The notes: generated by a model not told the origin, from the sequence alone. DNA of 64,000 nt from Bacteroidota bacterium (GCA_030550395.1 JAUQPL010000004.1:125839-189838), one strand, 5' to 3'; counted from the first letter of the stretch, positions 10,071-20,107 are shown. Program-made: numbers and translations.

Positions 10071-11435
10071 CTATTGGCGGTAGTACCACAATTCCTCGGC
10101 ACGAAAGAGGCGTTCTCCGAAGCCCATGCCGATGCCAATGTACCACCCACTGAAGCGAGTTGCTTGCTGGAGAATGTCCCACCAGTCCCTGCCTCGGAGC
10201 GCCGAGCCGTTTGCGAAGCCAGCGGTGGCGAAGAGATTCATAGTGTTGCTCAAGCGGAGGATGAGGCGTCCCGACAGGTGGAGAGCGTTGGAAGGATAGT
10301 AGAACGCCTCAGCGCCAATGTCCCCGTAAAGCCCAGCAGGCACAAGCTCGTGCCAGTATCCGATGCGTAAGGGGAGCACACCGATTCCACCGGCATCTAA
10401 TCCCAACACAACGACGCTTGTCAGTGCCGTGCCGGCGTACAGTCCTGGTGGACCAACAGGGAGTGCCAGTTGGACAGGAAGGATACGTCCCACAAGTCCT
10501 GAGATGAGAGAGGAGGTAGCCCACACCGACCTTGCCACGGTGGTTTTCAAGGAAGCAAGCTGACCAAGACCAACGCTCCAGGCCGAATGCCGGTGTTGGC
10601 TCCACTCCTGTTGGAGCTCCTCCTCACGATTGAGGAAGTCGGCCAAGGAGACTCCAAGACCAAGGTACGGCTTCGCATAGCTCTGTGCCTGGAGATTCTG
10701 TGAATTTTCCGGAGTCTGTCCCCAGAGGAATCCCGCATAAGCTCGCAGATTAAGCCCACCGAGGGAACCGGCCTCTAGGGAGCCGAACAGATTCAGATAC
10801 TGCGACGGGAAAAGACTTGTCCCCACGCCGATAGTTGCCGCTACATACGGAGGAACATCCCGCATGTACCACCGTTTGCGGATATACAACGGAAGCAGTC
10901 CGGCAGCCCATTTTTCCTTATACTGGCTGAGAGCAAAGACCTCTAATCCAACACTACCGACGCTCCAATCCCGGGATTGGAAGAACCAGGGGAAATGGTA
11001 CTCCATGACGCCAAATCGGTACCAGGCGCCTGTGAAAAGAGCCGATGTCGGGTTTGTGTTGTTGGAGGCGTTCAGTAGCTCGGGGAAGAGCCCGAAAAGA
11101 CCCCATAAATGTCCCTCAGCGGTGCTTGAAACGCCAAGCAGCCCGACGCTTTCAAAGAGTCCTAGGCGAATGAAGTTGGGGTAGTAGCGTTCAACCACGC
11201 TATCGTAGAATGTAGCACCATACCGGAGCTCTTCCTTGCGAGCGTTGGGGAAAAGGACCCCGCGTGGAGTCTCTCCCGGAGGGTTATGGTAGTCGGTGTA
11301 CCAGGTGGTATCCCGCTGTAGAATTGTGTAGGTGTCCCGCTCTACGCGAGTCAATGGTGATTGCAGGATATCGGTAGCCGTTGCACATCCTCCGAGCACG
11401 TATAGTGGTAGAAGCCACCAAGGAAGTGCTTTCAT
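10071..11435 (-). CDS. Hypothetical outer-membrane lipoprotein (Gly/Tyr/Trp-rich, beta-rich)
   Basis: A signal peptide with lipobox (LGGCAT) and aromatic/Gly-rich composition; I recognise no family. Confidence 0.5.
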   Translation of the reverse strand: MKALPWWLLPLYVLGGCATATDILQSPLTRVERDTYTILQRDTTWYTDYHNPPGETPRGVLFPNARKEELRYGATFYDSVVERYYPNFIRLGLFESVGLLGVSSTAEGHLWGLFGLFPELLNASNNTNPTSALFTGAWYRFGVMEYHFPWFFQSRDWSVGSVGLEVFALSQYKEKWAAGLLPLYIRKRWYMRDVPPYVAATIGVGTSLFPSQYLNLFGSLEAGSLGGLNLRAYAGFLWGQTPENSQNLQAQSYAKPYLGLGVSLADFLNREEELQQEWSQHRHSAWSVGLGQLASLKTTVARSVWATSSLISGLVGRILPVQLALPVGPPGLYAGTALTSVVVLGLDAGGIGVLPLRIGYWHELVPAGLYGDIGAEAFYYPSNALHLSGRLILRLSNTMNLFATAGFANGSALRGRDWWDILQQATRFSGWYIGIGMGFGERLFRAEELWYYRQ

Positions 11436-11782
11436 GGCTGGAGCTCTAAGATTTCTGTGACTTCAACACACGCTCCGATGCCGCACAGCGGTGTGCAGTT
11501 GGGAAGGAGGAGAGCACGGACACGGGCGCGCACATTCTCCCGCTGGAGACGCTGCAGTATGTGTTCCTTCCCACGGAGTTCGTAGAAGGCTTTGTCCTTC
11601 ATAGTGCCGGTTTCCAAAATCCAGCACGTACTTCCGTCCATCCGTAAAGGGTTGATGACCCCGCTGAGCTCAATAACTGTCCCCTGGGGGCGAGGAGTCG
11701 CGCAGCCATAGAAGAGCAGGGCGCAGAGCAGGAGAGGAAAGGCATACTGTTTACTGCTGCATCGCCGCATGGGCATACTCAT
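11432..11782 (-). CDS. Small hypothetical lipoprotein
   Basis: A signal peptide with FYGC lipobox; 4-nt start/stop overlap with the downstream gene. Confidence 0.45.
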   Translation of the reverse strand: MSMPMRRCSSKQYAFPLLLCALLFYGCATPRPQGTVIELSGVINPLRMDGSTCWILETGTMKDKAFYELRGKEHILQRLQRENVRARVRALLLPNCTPLCGIGACVEVTEILELQP

Positions 11783-13127
11783 GGAGGAAGGTTGCTGATG
11801 CCAGGATAGCGCGGAGGAAGTTTTTCACGTGGAAGTGTTCATTCGGAGCGTGGGCACCTTCGGTTTCCAGTCCGAATCCCATCAAAACCGTGGGTACGCG
11901 CAAAAGCTCGGTAAACCATTCCACAACAGGGATTGAACCCCCTTCGCGGACGAAGACGGGAGGGCGACCGAAGGTCTGCTCTAATGCGCGGGCAGCGGCT
12001 TGCATTGGAGGTGTATCCAAAGGGACAAGGACGGGGTTTGCTCCGTGAAGAGCTCGGACGTCAACGACTGCCGTCGGTGGAGCAAGAGCACGGATGGCAG
12101 CTTCGGCTTTGGCAGCGATATCGTCAGCTCGCTGGTTCGGCACAAGGCGCATGGAGAGCTTTGCCGAGGCTGTAGCAGGCAGAACAGTCTTTGCCCCACT
12201 GCCTGTAAACCCTCCCACAATCCCATTGATGTCCAACGTTGGGCGCAGCCACCGCCGCTCCAAGACGGAGTAGCCTACCTCACCAAAGAGCTCGGGGGCA
12301 CCCAAGTGGCGGCGGAGCTCCTCGGCATCAAATGGTAGTTCCGCTAAGCGCTGGCGTTCTTCGGGGGTAGGGTCAAGGACGTGATCGTAAAAGCCAGGAA
12401 TGGTGACACGTCCATAGCCGTCGCGCAGACGCGATAGGATGTGGCTTAGGACAAAGATGGGGTTGTCTACTACTCCACCAAAGACCCCCGAGTGAAGGTC
12501 CGTTGCAGCTGTGCGGACGGTGACTTCCAAGTAGCACAATCCACGAAGACCGTAGCAGAGGGTGGGGAGGTCATCTTGGTACATTGCTGTATCGGAAATC
12601 AGCACAGCGTCGCATGCAAGCAGATCGCGGTGCTGTTCAATGAATGGGCGTAAGTGAAGGCTACCGATCTCTTCTTCGCCTTCAATGAGGAACTTCACCG
12701 TTAGCGGAAGTTGACCGTGGGTGTGGAGGACAGTTTCAATTGCCTTGATGTGAGCAAAGAACTGTCCTTTGTTGTCTGTAGCGCCGCGAGCGTAGATCCG
12801 ACCATTACGGATCACTGGTTCAAACGGTCGACTCTCCCATAGGTCCAATGGGTCGGGGGGTTGGACATCATAGTGTCCGTAGATCAGCACAGTGGGAGTC
12901 CCTGGTGGACCTGCCCAAGTTGCGTAGACAACTGGATGCCCAGGTGTCGGGAAAAGCTCTACAGACGTCGGGGATAGGGTGGATAGGTGCTCAGCCAGCC
13001 ATTCAGCACAGCGATGGACAGATTCCGCATGTGCAGGGTCCGTGCTCACGCTCGGAAAACGCAGGAGTTCGGAGAGCTCTTGGAGAAAGTGGTCACGGTG
13101 TTGCTGCACGTAGGTATGGAAGGGCAT
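11751..13127 (-). CDS. M20/M25/M40 family metallopeptidase (dipeptidase-like)
   Basis: M20 motifs (GHYDVQP; GATDNKG; EGEEEIGS). Confidence 0.8.
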   Translation of the reverse strand: MPFHTYVQQHRDHFLQELSELLRFPSVSTDPAHAESVHRCAEWLAEHLSTLSPTSVELFPTPGHPVVYATWAGPPGTPTVLIYGHYDVQPPDPLDLWESRPFEPVIRNGRIYARGATDNKGQFFAHIKAIETVLHTHGQLPLTVKFLIEGEEEIGSLHLRPFIEQHRDLLACDAVLISDTAMYQDDLPTLCYGLRGLCYLEVTVRTAATDLHSGVFGGVVDNPIFVLSHILSRLRDGYGRVTIPGFYDHVLDPTPEERQRLAELPFDAEELRRHLGAPELFGEVGYSVLERRWLRPTLDINGIVGGFTGSGAKTVLPATASAKLSMRLVPNQRADDIAAKAEAAIRALAPPTAVVDVRALHGANPVLVPLDTPPMQAAARALEQTFGRPPVFVREGGSIPVVEWFTELLRVPTVLMGFGLETEGAHAPNEHFHVKNFLRAILASATFLHEYAHAAMQQ

Positions 13128-13130
13128 ACC

Positions 13131-15575
13131 TTAGCTTGGGCTGCGTGGTACATTGCGGCGGCGTTTGTCGGATTCGGCGTAGTAGTGGTAGTACTTGTAG
13201 TACCGGTAGTAGCGGTAGTAGGAACCGTAGGTGGTGCTGATATCAAACTCATTCAACACAGCGCCAACGATGCGGGCGGAGACTCGCTCCAGGAGTTCTC
13301 GGGCTTTGATCAGAGCTTCTATGCGGGTTTCGTTCGCTCGGGCGACAAGTACGTACGCATGGGCGATGGGAGCCAAGACCAGGGCATCTATGACAGAAAT
13401 GACCGGAGGCGTGTCCAAGAACACGATGTCGTAGTTCTGCCGGAGCTGTTGGAGAAGCTGGCGGGCGCGGTCGGAACCCAGAAGTTCGGAGGGGTTCGGG
13501 GGAATAGGACCGCAGGTAAGGAGGTCCAGGTTGCGAATGCCCGTTGGGCGGCATGCATGATCGGGGGCCAGTTCCCCGATGAGGACGTTGACCAGTCCGG
13601 GTTCACGCCCGAAGCTGAAGACAGTATGGGTTGAGGGGCGGCGTAAGTCAGCATCGATGAGGAGGGTTCGGTAGCCCGCGTGGGCGAAAGTAATAGCGGT
13701 GTTGACCGTTGTGGTGGTTTTCCCTTCTTGTGGGACCGAGCTTGTGATGACTACCAATGGGTGTTCTATGTCGACGGTGGCAAACTGGAGGGCAGTGCGG
13801 ATTGAGCGATAGCTTTCGGCAATCGGTGACTTGGGGTTGCAGTGGGAGATGAGGTGAGGGGGGAGCGGGTGTTCGGCGGGGAAGCGGGTATAGAAGGCGG
13901 CGTCATCTCCGCTTTGGGCAATCATGGCAGCATCCCTGGCGGTCAAGTCAACGGGGATGCGGGGAATTGCCGCCAGCACGACCATCCCTGTGTTCTCTAC
14001 GTCTTCTGGGGAACGCACTGTGGTATCGGTCAGTGCCCGCAGCAGGACGAACCCAATGCCCAGGAGCAGCCCTACAATGGTTGCAATGCTTATGTTTAGC
14101 TTCCGGTTGGGGCTGACTGGGCGTGTGGGGGGCATAGCGCGTTCTAAAACTGAGACAGTGGCAAAGACGGATTGTTCGGCGATGATGGCTTCGTTGAGCT
14201 TCTCCGACAGTAAATCATGCAGTTTTTCCAGGCTTCCCGTCGTTCGTCGGAGGCGTGCCAGTTCGATGATTTGAGCAGGTAGGCGCTGGAATTCTTCATC
14301 GGCCCGCTTCCGAGCACTTTCAATAGCGGCCAGGCGAGCTTCTTCGGCTTGGAGCTGGACGCTGAGCTCGAAGACTTTCTGTCGGAGGTTCTGCAGGGCA
14401 GCTGTCGGTCCCCCGCCTTCGGGAGGGGGGGGGAGTGCTCCGAGCTTGGAACGCTTCAGCTCCTCGGTGCGTTGGCGTAGCTTCTCTTTCAGCTCCGTAA
14501 GCTGGGCTTCCACTTGCTCCATCTGGGTCTGGAAGTACACGGGGCTTGCCACCACTGGTTTGCTGGCAATAATGAGGTCCCGCTGGACTTCCAATTGCGC
14601 TATCTGTTGCTGCAGCGTCTCAATGTAAGGGGAGGATACAGTGGCAAGTTCTTCTGCCAGTGTAGGCTCTATTTCGCGGAGCTGCTGCTGGTACTGGTCC
14701 AATGTGCGCCTGAGAGCATCGCGGGCGATATGGGCTTCGCTGGCTTTACCGTCCAGCTCTGCCAGTTGGGTCACCAAGGCATTAGCACGGGCATCCAATT
14801 CCATGGAACCAGTGCGGCTCATGTAGTCCTGCAATGCCTGTTCCGCTTTCGCCAGTGTGTCTCGGGTCCATTCGTACTGCTGCTGCAGGAACTCCCGTAC
14901 TCGGCGGGCATTGGCACGGTTGTTCTGCTCATTCACTGCAAGGTACACTTCGGCGAAAGTATTGGCGATGAGGGCTGCTTCCTGAGGATCATTGGTTCGG
15001 ACCCGGATATCCACAATGTCGGCATCACGGTTCGGGATAAGGGTTAAAACGCTCCGCAAGCGTCCGGCTATGAAGGCAATGCTGTCTTCCTCTGTCTTTA
15101 AGGGAACTGCTTTTCCTTGGGTACTGCGGAGTAAGGGCAGTGAAACACCCGATCGGACTTTGCGGAGGAGGGCTCGGGCGACGGCGTCCATTGTTTCATG
15201 GGCATTCATCTGCATCAGCTCATTGCGCAGGACGCGGTCATCTTGCCCGTTGAGTCCTACCAGTACGATACCCGTGGGGGGACGGCTGGTGTTGACCAGC
15301 AAGCGGGCGGAGGCTTCGTATACAAATGGACGTGTCCACGTGTAGTAGAAGGCTGCTGCAACGATAGCGCCTGTGATTGCAAGGATCCACCACTTTCCCT
15401 GCCACAACAAGTGGAGGTAGTCAATGAAGGTAAAATGGCGCTGGAGAGCAACTGGAGGGAGTCCGTTTCGCGATGAGGTTGTTCGGGATGTTCGTGGAGT
15501 ACCTGCCATGGGTCCCCCTTGCACTGTGGGGTTGCGAGAGTCGGTGGGTCTCACCGATTGCCGAAAATACAACAT
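13131..15575 (-). CDS. Polysaccharide co-polymerase / BY-family tyrosine autokinase (Wzc-like)
   Basis: Two TM segments flank a long coiled-coil periplasmic domain. The C-terminal P-loop kinase has Walker A (SSVPQEGKTTTTVN) and a Tyr-cluster tail YYRYYRYYKYYHYY. The start is uncertain (15575 or 15509). Confidence 0.85.
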   Translation of the reverse strand: MLYFRQSVRPTDSRNPTVQGGPMAGTPRTSRTTSSRNGLPPVALQRHFTFIDYLHLLWQGKWWILAITGAIVAAAFYYTWTRPFVYEASARLLVNTSRPPTGIVLVGLNGQDDRVLRNELMQMNAHETMDAVARALLRKVRSGVSLPLLRSTQGKAVPLKTEEDSIAFIAGRLRSVLTLIPNRDADIVDIRVRTNDPQEAALIANTFAEVYLAVNEQNNRANARRVREFLQQQYEWTRDTLAKAEQALQDYMSRTGSMELDARANALVTQLAELDGKASEAHIARDALRRTLDQYQQQLREIEPTLAEELATVSSPYIETLQQQIAQLEVQRDLIIASKPVVASPVYFQTQMEQVEAQLTELKEKLRQRTEELKRSKLGALPPPPEGGGPTAALQNLRQKVFELSVQLQAEEARLAAIESARKRADEEFQRLPAQIIELARLRRTTGSLEKLHDLLSEKLNEAIIAEQSVFATVSVLERAMPPTRPVSPNRKLNISIATIVGLLLGIGFVLLRALTDTTVRSPEDVENTGMVVLAAIPRIPVDLTARDAAMIAQSGDDAAFYTRFPAEHPLPPHLISHCNPKSPIAESYRSIRTALQFATVDIEHPLVVITSSVPQEGKTTTTVNTAITFAHAGYRTLLIDADLRRPSTHTVFSFGREPGLVNVLIGELAPDHACRPTGIRNLDLLTCGPIPPNPSELLGSDRARQLLQQLRQNYDIVFLDTPPVISVIDALVLAPIAHAYVLVARANETRIEALIKARELLERVSARIVGAVLNEFDISTTYGSYYRYYRYYKYYHYYAESDKRRRNVPRSPS

Positions 15576-15642
15576 CGCCGCAAGACCATATGCACGAAGA
15601 CTATTGCTTTCTCGTTTGTGGAAGGCGCCGTGGGGAGAGGAA

Positions 15643-16749
15643 ATGGTATGGAGTTTTGTCCTGGCTGCCTTTATTCTGTGGGGATGTGCTGAGGACCCTG
15701 TGTATGAACTGGGGGAAGGCGGTGCGGGTTCGCTTGTGGTTAGCTCTACTTTGCTTGGAGGGACAGAAGGAGAGCCAGGAAGGGAGTATCAATTCACTGC
15801 CGTTCTCGAGCGGCGCCCGAGCTGGTTTCGGGTTGAATGGGATTTCGGTGACGGTTCACCGCGCAAGATCGTCATCGGGGAGCTTGCCGTACGACATCGC
15901 TTCCAAGGGGTAGGCACATACACAGTCGTTGCTCGGGTTTATGAGCATGGGACGGGAGTTCTTTGGGCGACGGGGGCGCTGGTTGCAAACATTCGCTTTA
16001 CGCCACCTCCGCCTGCAATGGTGACGGTTCCACCGGGTAGCTTCCGTATGGGATCAGACCGTGATTTCACAGAGCAACCAATCCGAACCGTCGTTCTGAC
16101 CCGTCCTATGATGGTCCTGCCGACGGAGGTAACGCAGGAGCTTTGGACGGCGGTGATGGGGTATAATCCCAGCTGGTTCCGTGGGGAAAAGCGCCCGGTG
16201 GAAAACATCACATGGTGGGAAGCCATAGATTTCTGCAATCGGCTCTCGGTGCGACACGGTTTCCGCCCGTGCTACCTTACCCGAGGGGATACAGTTTTCT
16301 GGGATCGGACGGCGAGCGGATATCGGCTCCCAACGGAAGCGGAATGGGAGTATGCCTGCCGGGCTGGTACGACCATGGATACCTATGCTGGTGATCTTCG
16401 CCAGCCATGGGGTGGGTGCGAAGAGGAATCCGTCTTGGTTCCTATTGCCTGGTACTGTTGGAATAGCGGTGATCACACTCATCCTGTCGGACTCAAACAG
16501 CCAAATGCGTTCGGGCTCTTTGATATGTTAGGCAACGTTGCTGAATGGGTATGGGATTGGTATAGCAGCACGGCATATCAGGATGCTGATACTTGCAATC
16601 CGGTAGGTCCACCTCTGGGTCAGCGGCGCACCGTGCGTGGGGGAGCGTGGAGTATGGGCTGTTTCCTCCTGCGGGCTTCGGCTCGTGTGGGGATGTCTCC
16701 ATGGCACCATAGTCCGGCTGTTGGCTTCCGAATTGTGCGGATGCCATGA
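15643..16749 (+). CDS. Lipoprotein with PKD domain and FGE-sulfatase (SUMF1/EgtB/PvdO) family domain
   Basis: Start MVWSFVLAAFILWGC follows GGAGAGG. A PKD hallmark (WDFGDGS) is followed by an FGE-sulfatase domain (PGSFRMGS...RGGAWS...GFRIVR). There is only one Cys in the C-terminal region, so it is probably not a true formylglycine generator. Confidence 0.75.
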   Translation: MVWSFVLAAFILWGCAEDPVYELGEGGAGSLVVSSTLLGGTEGEPGREYQFTAVLERRPSWFRVEWDFGDGSPRKIVIGELAVRHRFQGVGTYTVVARVYEHGTGVLWATGALVANIRFTPPPPAMVTVPPGSFRMGSDRDFTEQPIRTVVLTRPMMVLPTEVTQELWTAVMGYNPSWFRGEKRPVENITWWEAIDFCNRLSVRHGFRPCYLTRGDTVFWDRTASGYRLPTEAEWEYACRAGTTMDTYAGDLRQPWGGCEEESVLVPIAWYCWNSGDHTHPVGLKQPNAFGLFDMLGNVAEWVWDWYSSTAYQDADTCNPVGPPLGQRRTVRGGAWSMGCFLLRASARVGMSPWHHSPAVGFRIVRMP

Positions 16750-18095
16750 AGTGGAGCTCCTTCCTTTGGTTGTTGAGCAGTATCTTCCTCTGGGGTGGGT
16801 GTGCGGGGGAGACAGCAGTGCATACCCCTCCGGAGCGTTCGGGAAGGAGCGATACTGCGGCAGTACTTCGTCGGATTGTGGTAGGAGCGGAGCAGTGTCA
16901 GCCTTGCCACCCAAAGCACGTTGAGGAATGGCGGATGTCCCTGCATTCCTATGCAATGGAGGACCCTGTCTTCCATGCCCTTCAGGCGCTTATGCTCCAA
17001 GCACAACCAGTCATTGATGACCAGTTCTGTGTGCGTTGCCACACACCGTTTGGTTCCCTCTTCGGTGAAGCTTTGCCCGGTGCCCGCAAAGAGGAGCTGT
17101 CTCCTTTGGCACGGCAGGGGATTACGTGCGATGTATGCCACCTTATGGCGTTTCCGCAGCCGGCGGGGCGGGGCGTGACGCGCTTTCGGCTAGATGGAGC
17201 ACGCATAGGGAATGTCCCCAATCCTCTCCCGAACCCTTTCCATTCTTCTGTGTACGAGCCTCAATTATCGCAATCGGAAGCCTGTGCTCCATGCCATGAT
17301 GTCGTTAATCCACTCGGAGTCCTTGTGGAGCGGACTTACACAGAATGGCGGGAAAGCCTCTATCCCGGGCGGGGCATCACATGTCAGGTTTGCCATATGC
17401 CGTGGGTTTCGGAACCGATTGTTCCGGATGGGCCTGTCCGCCGCCGGCATAATCATATGATGCCTGGGGTGGATGTACCACTGTCGGATTTCCCTGGGCG
17501 GGAGCAGATAATTGCAGCAGTAGAATACCTGCTCCAGAATGCTCTCCGCATGCTTGTTAGCGTACCTTCGGAACTTTCGCGTCAGAGTCCTCTGACTGTT
17601 CGGGTAGTGTTGGCAAATAATATCACTGGCCATGATATCCCGACCGGTTCTATCTTCACCCGTCAGATGTGGCTTGAGGTCATCGTCCGGGAACTTCCCT
17701 CAGGACGCGTCGTATTTGAGACAGGGACTTTGGATGCTGGTGGTGACCTGCGTACCCTTCATAGCATGGAGGTACAGGCAGGACGTATTCCGCTGGATAC
17801 GGCGCTTGTCCTCTTCAATGGGACAGCACTCCGCAATGGGAGACCTGCTTTCTTCTGGGAGGCGCATGCAGTGGAGTTCCGTACTATCCCTGCCTTTGAT
17901 AGCCGTACAGCTCTCTATACGATTTCTGCACCACCGGGTGGATGGAGTGGCACAGAGTTGGAGGTGTCCGTTCGCTTGCGCTTCCGTGCGTTACCGCCCT
18001 ATCTCCTCCGAGCCTTGGGATTGGAGGAGTTTGTTGAGAGGCTCCCCATTTTTGACATGGAGCGCTTTCAGCATCGGGTGGTGCTCCGCCCATAG
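16746..18095 (+). CDS. Pentaheme c-type cytochrome lipoprotein
   Basis: Five CxxCH motifs (CQPCH, CVRCH, CDVCH, CAPCH, CQVCH) in the N-terminal half and a signal peptide MKWSSFLWLLSSIFLWGGC. Its ATG overlaps the upstream stop (ATGA). Confidence 0.75.
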   Translation: MKWSSFLWLLSSIFLWGGCAGETAVHTPPERSGRSDTAAVLRRIVVGAEQCQPCHPKHVEEWRMSLHSYAMEDPVFHALQALMLQAQPVIDDQFCVRCHTPFGSLFGEALPGARKEELSPLARQGITCDVCHLMAFPQPAGRGVTRFRLDGARIGNVPNPLPNPFHSSVYEPQLSQSEACAPCHDVVNPLGVLVERTYTEWRESLYPGRGITCQVCHMPWVSEPIVPDGPVRRRHNHMMPGVDVPLSDFPGREQIIAAVEYLLQNALRMLVSVPSELSRQSPLTVRVVLANNITGHDIPTGSIFTRQMWLEVIVRELPSGRVVFETGTLDAGGDLRTLHSMEVQAGRIPLDTALVLFNGTALRNGRPAFFWEAHAVEFRTIPAFDSRTALYTISAPPGGWSGTELEVSVRLRFRALPPYLLRALGLEEFVERLPIFDMERFQHRVVLRP

Positions 18096-18200
18096 GGTGT
18101 GCTAAAGCTTTGGGGCAAAAAGCGTAATTTGCATTGCTTTTCCATAGCCGATTTCGACAGAACGCAGTGTATGTCTCACGATGAGGGATAGACAGACTGC

Positions 18201-20105
18201 ATGACAAGTTCGACGGGTGCTCCAGCAATGGGGGCGTATCAGCGCCAGCGGCTCCTAGAAGAGTTGTGGCAGGGGACGAAGGCACCACCGGCGGTAGACG
18301 ATGAACAATTAGCGCGGCTTTATGAGGCAACGATATCGCGGCTGCGAGAAGGGGAGGTTGTCAAAGGACGTATCGTTAGTGTCGGTAAGAACGAGGTCCT
18401 GGTCGATATCGGAGCGAAGTCTTTAGGAGTTGTGCCGCGACGGGAGTTTGTAACTGACCCAAAAGTAGGGGAGGAGATAGAGGTCTTCGTGGAGAAGGCT
18501 GAAGATAAGGAAGGACGAGCCGTGCTCTCCCGACGTCGGGCAGAGCTTTTGCAGCTGTGGCAGCGCGTTCAGGAGATTTACCAGAAGCAGGAGACGGTAT
18601 CGGTGACCATTGCCCGGCGGGTCAAGGGGGGCTTTGTGGTAGATCTGATGGGTATGGAGGCATTTTTGCCAGGCTCGCAAGTAGATATCCGCCCTGTTCG
18701 TGATTTCGATGCATGGCTGGGGCGTACCATTGAGGTGCGGATTGTCAAGCTGAATCAGCCGGGGGAGAATGTTGTTGTAAGCCGGAAGGTACTCTTGGAG
18801 GATCAAATTGCTGAGCAACGCCAGCGCATTTTGAGCCAGCTGGAACGCGGTTTGGTTTTGGAAGGAACGGTCAAGGCGATCACGGATTTCGGGGTCTTTG
18901 TGGATTTAGGTGGTGTGGACGGCTTGGTGCATATTACGGATCTCTCCTGGGGGCGTGTCAATCATCCAAGTGAGATTGTCTCGCTGGATCAGACCGTCAA
19001 GGTTGTAGTACTGGACTTTGACGAGGAGAAGAAGCGTATTTCGCTGGGCATTAAGCAATTGACCCCTCACCCGTGGGATACCATCGGGGATAAGTATCAG
19101 CCTGGCACGATCGTGCGTGGGAAGGTGGTCAGCATTACCGATTACGGGGCTTTCGTTGAGATTGAAAAGGGCATTGAGGGGCTGATCCACATCAGCGAGA
19201 TGTCATGGACCCAGCACATTAAGCATCCATCCCAGGTTCTCTCGCTGGGTCAAATGGTGGAGGCAATGGTATTGAGCATTGACAAGCAGGAGCGTAAGCT
19301 GGCTTTAGGACTCAAGCAGTTGCAACCGGATCCGTGGCAAGAGTTGGTGAAGAAGTATCCGATTGGTTCTCGGCACAAGGGGGTTGTGCGTAATATCACA
19401 AACTTTGGGGTCTTTGTGGAGCTTGAGCCGGGTGTGGAAGGGTTGGTGCATGTTAGCGACCTGTCGTGGACGAAGAAGGTGCGGCATCCTGGTGAATTAG
19501 TCCGTCGCGGGCAAGAGCTGGAGGTGGTTGTGTTGGACGTTGATCCGGAGCATCGTCGCATTGCGTTAGGACATAAGCAGCTACAGCCCGATCCGTGGGA
19601 CTTCTTCGCTGAGAAGTACAAGGTGGGGGCAGAAACCGAGGGGCGCATTGTGCGGATTGTGGAACGGGGGGTTGTTGTAGAGCTGCCGGATGGCGTGGAT
19701 GGGTTTGTCCCGGCGTCGCAGCTCTCGTTTGCTCCTGTTTCCTCCGTTGCTGATTACTTCCAAGTTGGGGACCTACTCCCCTTGAAGGTTGTTGAGTTTG
19801 ACCGGGAGGCACGAAAAATCGTGCTATCTGCCGTGGAGTACCTCCGGGATAAGGACCGCTCTGTCATTGACGCTTACAATGCGCAACATCCAGTACCCGG
19901 CGCGGAGAAATACGCTTTCATCGTTTCGGGTAGCGCTCCGGAAGCCGGGGTGGAAGGACCGAAGGAAGTGGCTTCGGATGCGGAAGCAAAGTCTAGGAAG
20001 GCGAGAGCCACAGCCCGACGTCGGGCGGTAGCATCGGGAGCCTCCGATTCAGAGGGTACATCAGCAGAGCCAGAGGCATCTGCTCCGGGTACTCCGTCAT
20101 CGTAA
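18201..20105 (+). CDS. rpsA: 30S ribosomal protein S1 (long form with disordered Ala/Ser/Glu-rich C-terminal tail)
   Basis: Six S1 domains (repeated G..V.G.V..I.D.GAFV/FGVFV motifs). Confidence 0.9.
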   Translation: MTSSTGAPAMGAYQRQRLLEELWQGTKAPPAVDDEQLARLYEATISRLREGEVVKGRIVSVGKNEVLVDIGAKSLGVVPRREFVTDPKVGEEIEVFVEKAEDKEGRAVLSRRRAELLQLWQRVQEIYQKQETVSVTIARRVKGGFVVDLMGMEAFLPGSQVDIRPVRDFDAWLGRTIEVRIVKLNQPGENVVVSRKVLLEDQIAEQRQRILSQLERGLVLEGTVKAITDFGVFVDLGGVDGLVHITDLSWGRVNHPSEIVSLDQTVKVVVLDFDEEKKRISLGIKQLTPHPWDTIGDKYQPGTIVRGKVVSITDYGAFVEIEKGIEGLIHISEMSWTQHIKHPSQVLSLGQMVEAMVLSIDKQERKLALGLKQLQPDPWQELVKKYPIGSRHKGVVRNITNFGVFVELEPGVEGLVHVSDLSWTKKVRHPGELVRRGQELEVVVLDVDPEHRRIALGHKQLQPDPWDFFAEKYKVGAETEGRIVRIVERGVVVELPDGVDGFVPASQLSFAPVSSVADYFQVGDLLPLKVVEFDREARKIVLSAVEYLRDKDRSVIDAYNAQHPVPGAEKYAFIVSGSAPEAGVEGPKEVASDAEAKSRKARATARRRAVASGASDSEGTSAEPEASAPGTPSS

Positions 20106-20107
20106 TT

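Noticed and set aside
13186-13230. Imperfect GTA/GTAGTA tandem array flagged as a DNA repeat element
   Set aside because: It is the coding sequence of the BY-kinase C-terminal tyrosine cluster (YYRYYRYYKYYHYY); it is reported as a protein feature, not as a mobile or satellite repeat.
14425-14433. G9 homopolymer inside the wzc coding sequence (also G8 runs at 24813-24820 and 38422-38429) as possible phase-variation tracts
   Set aside because: At ~31% G, roughly 2 G9 and 5 G8 runs per strand are expected by chance in 64 kb. They encode Pro/Gly runs in frame, and I cannot show length variation from a single sequence.
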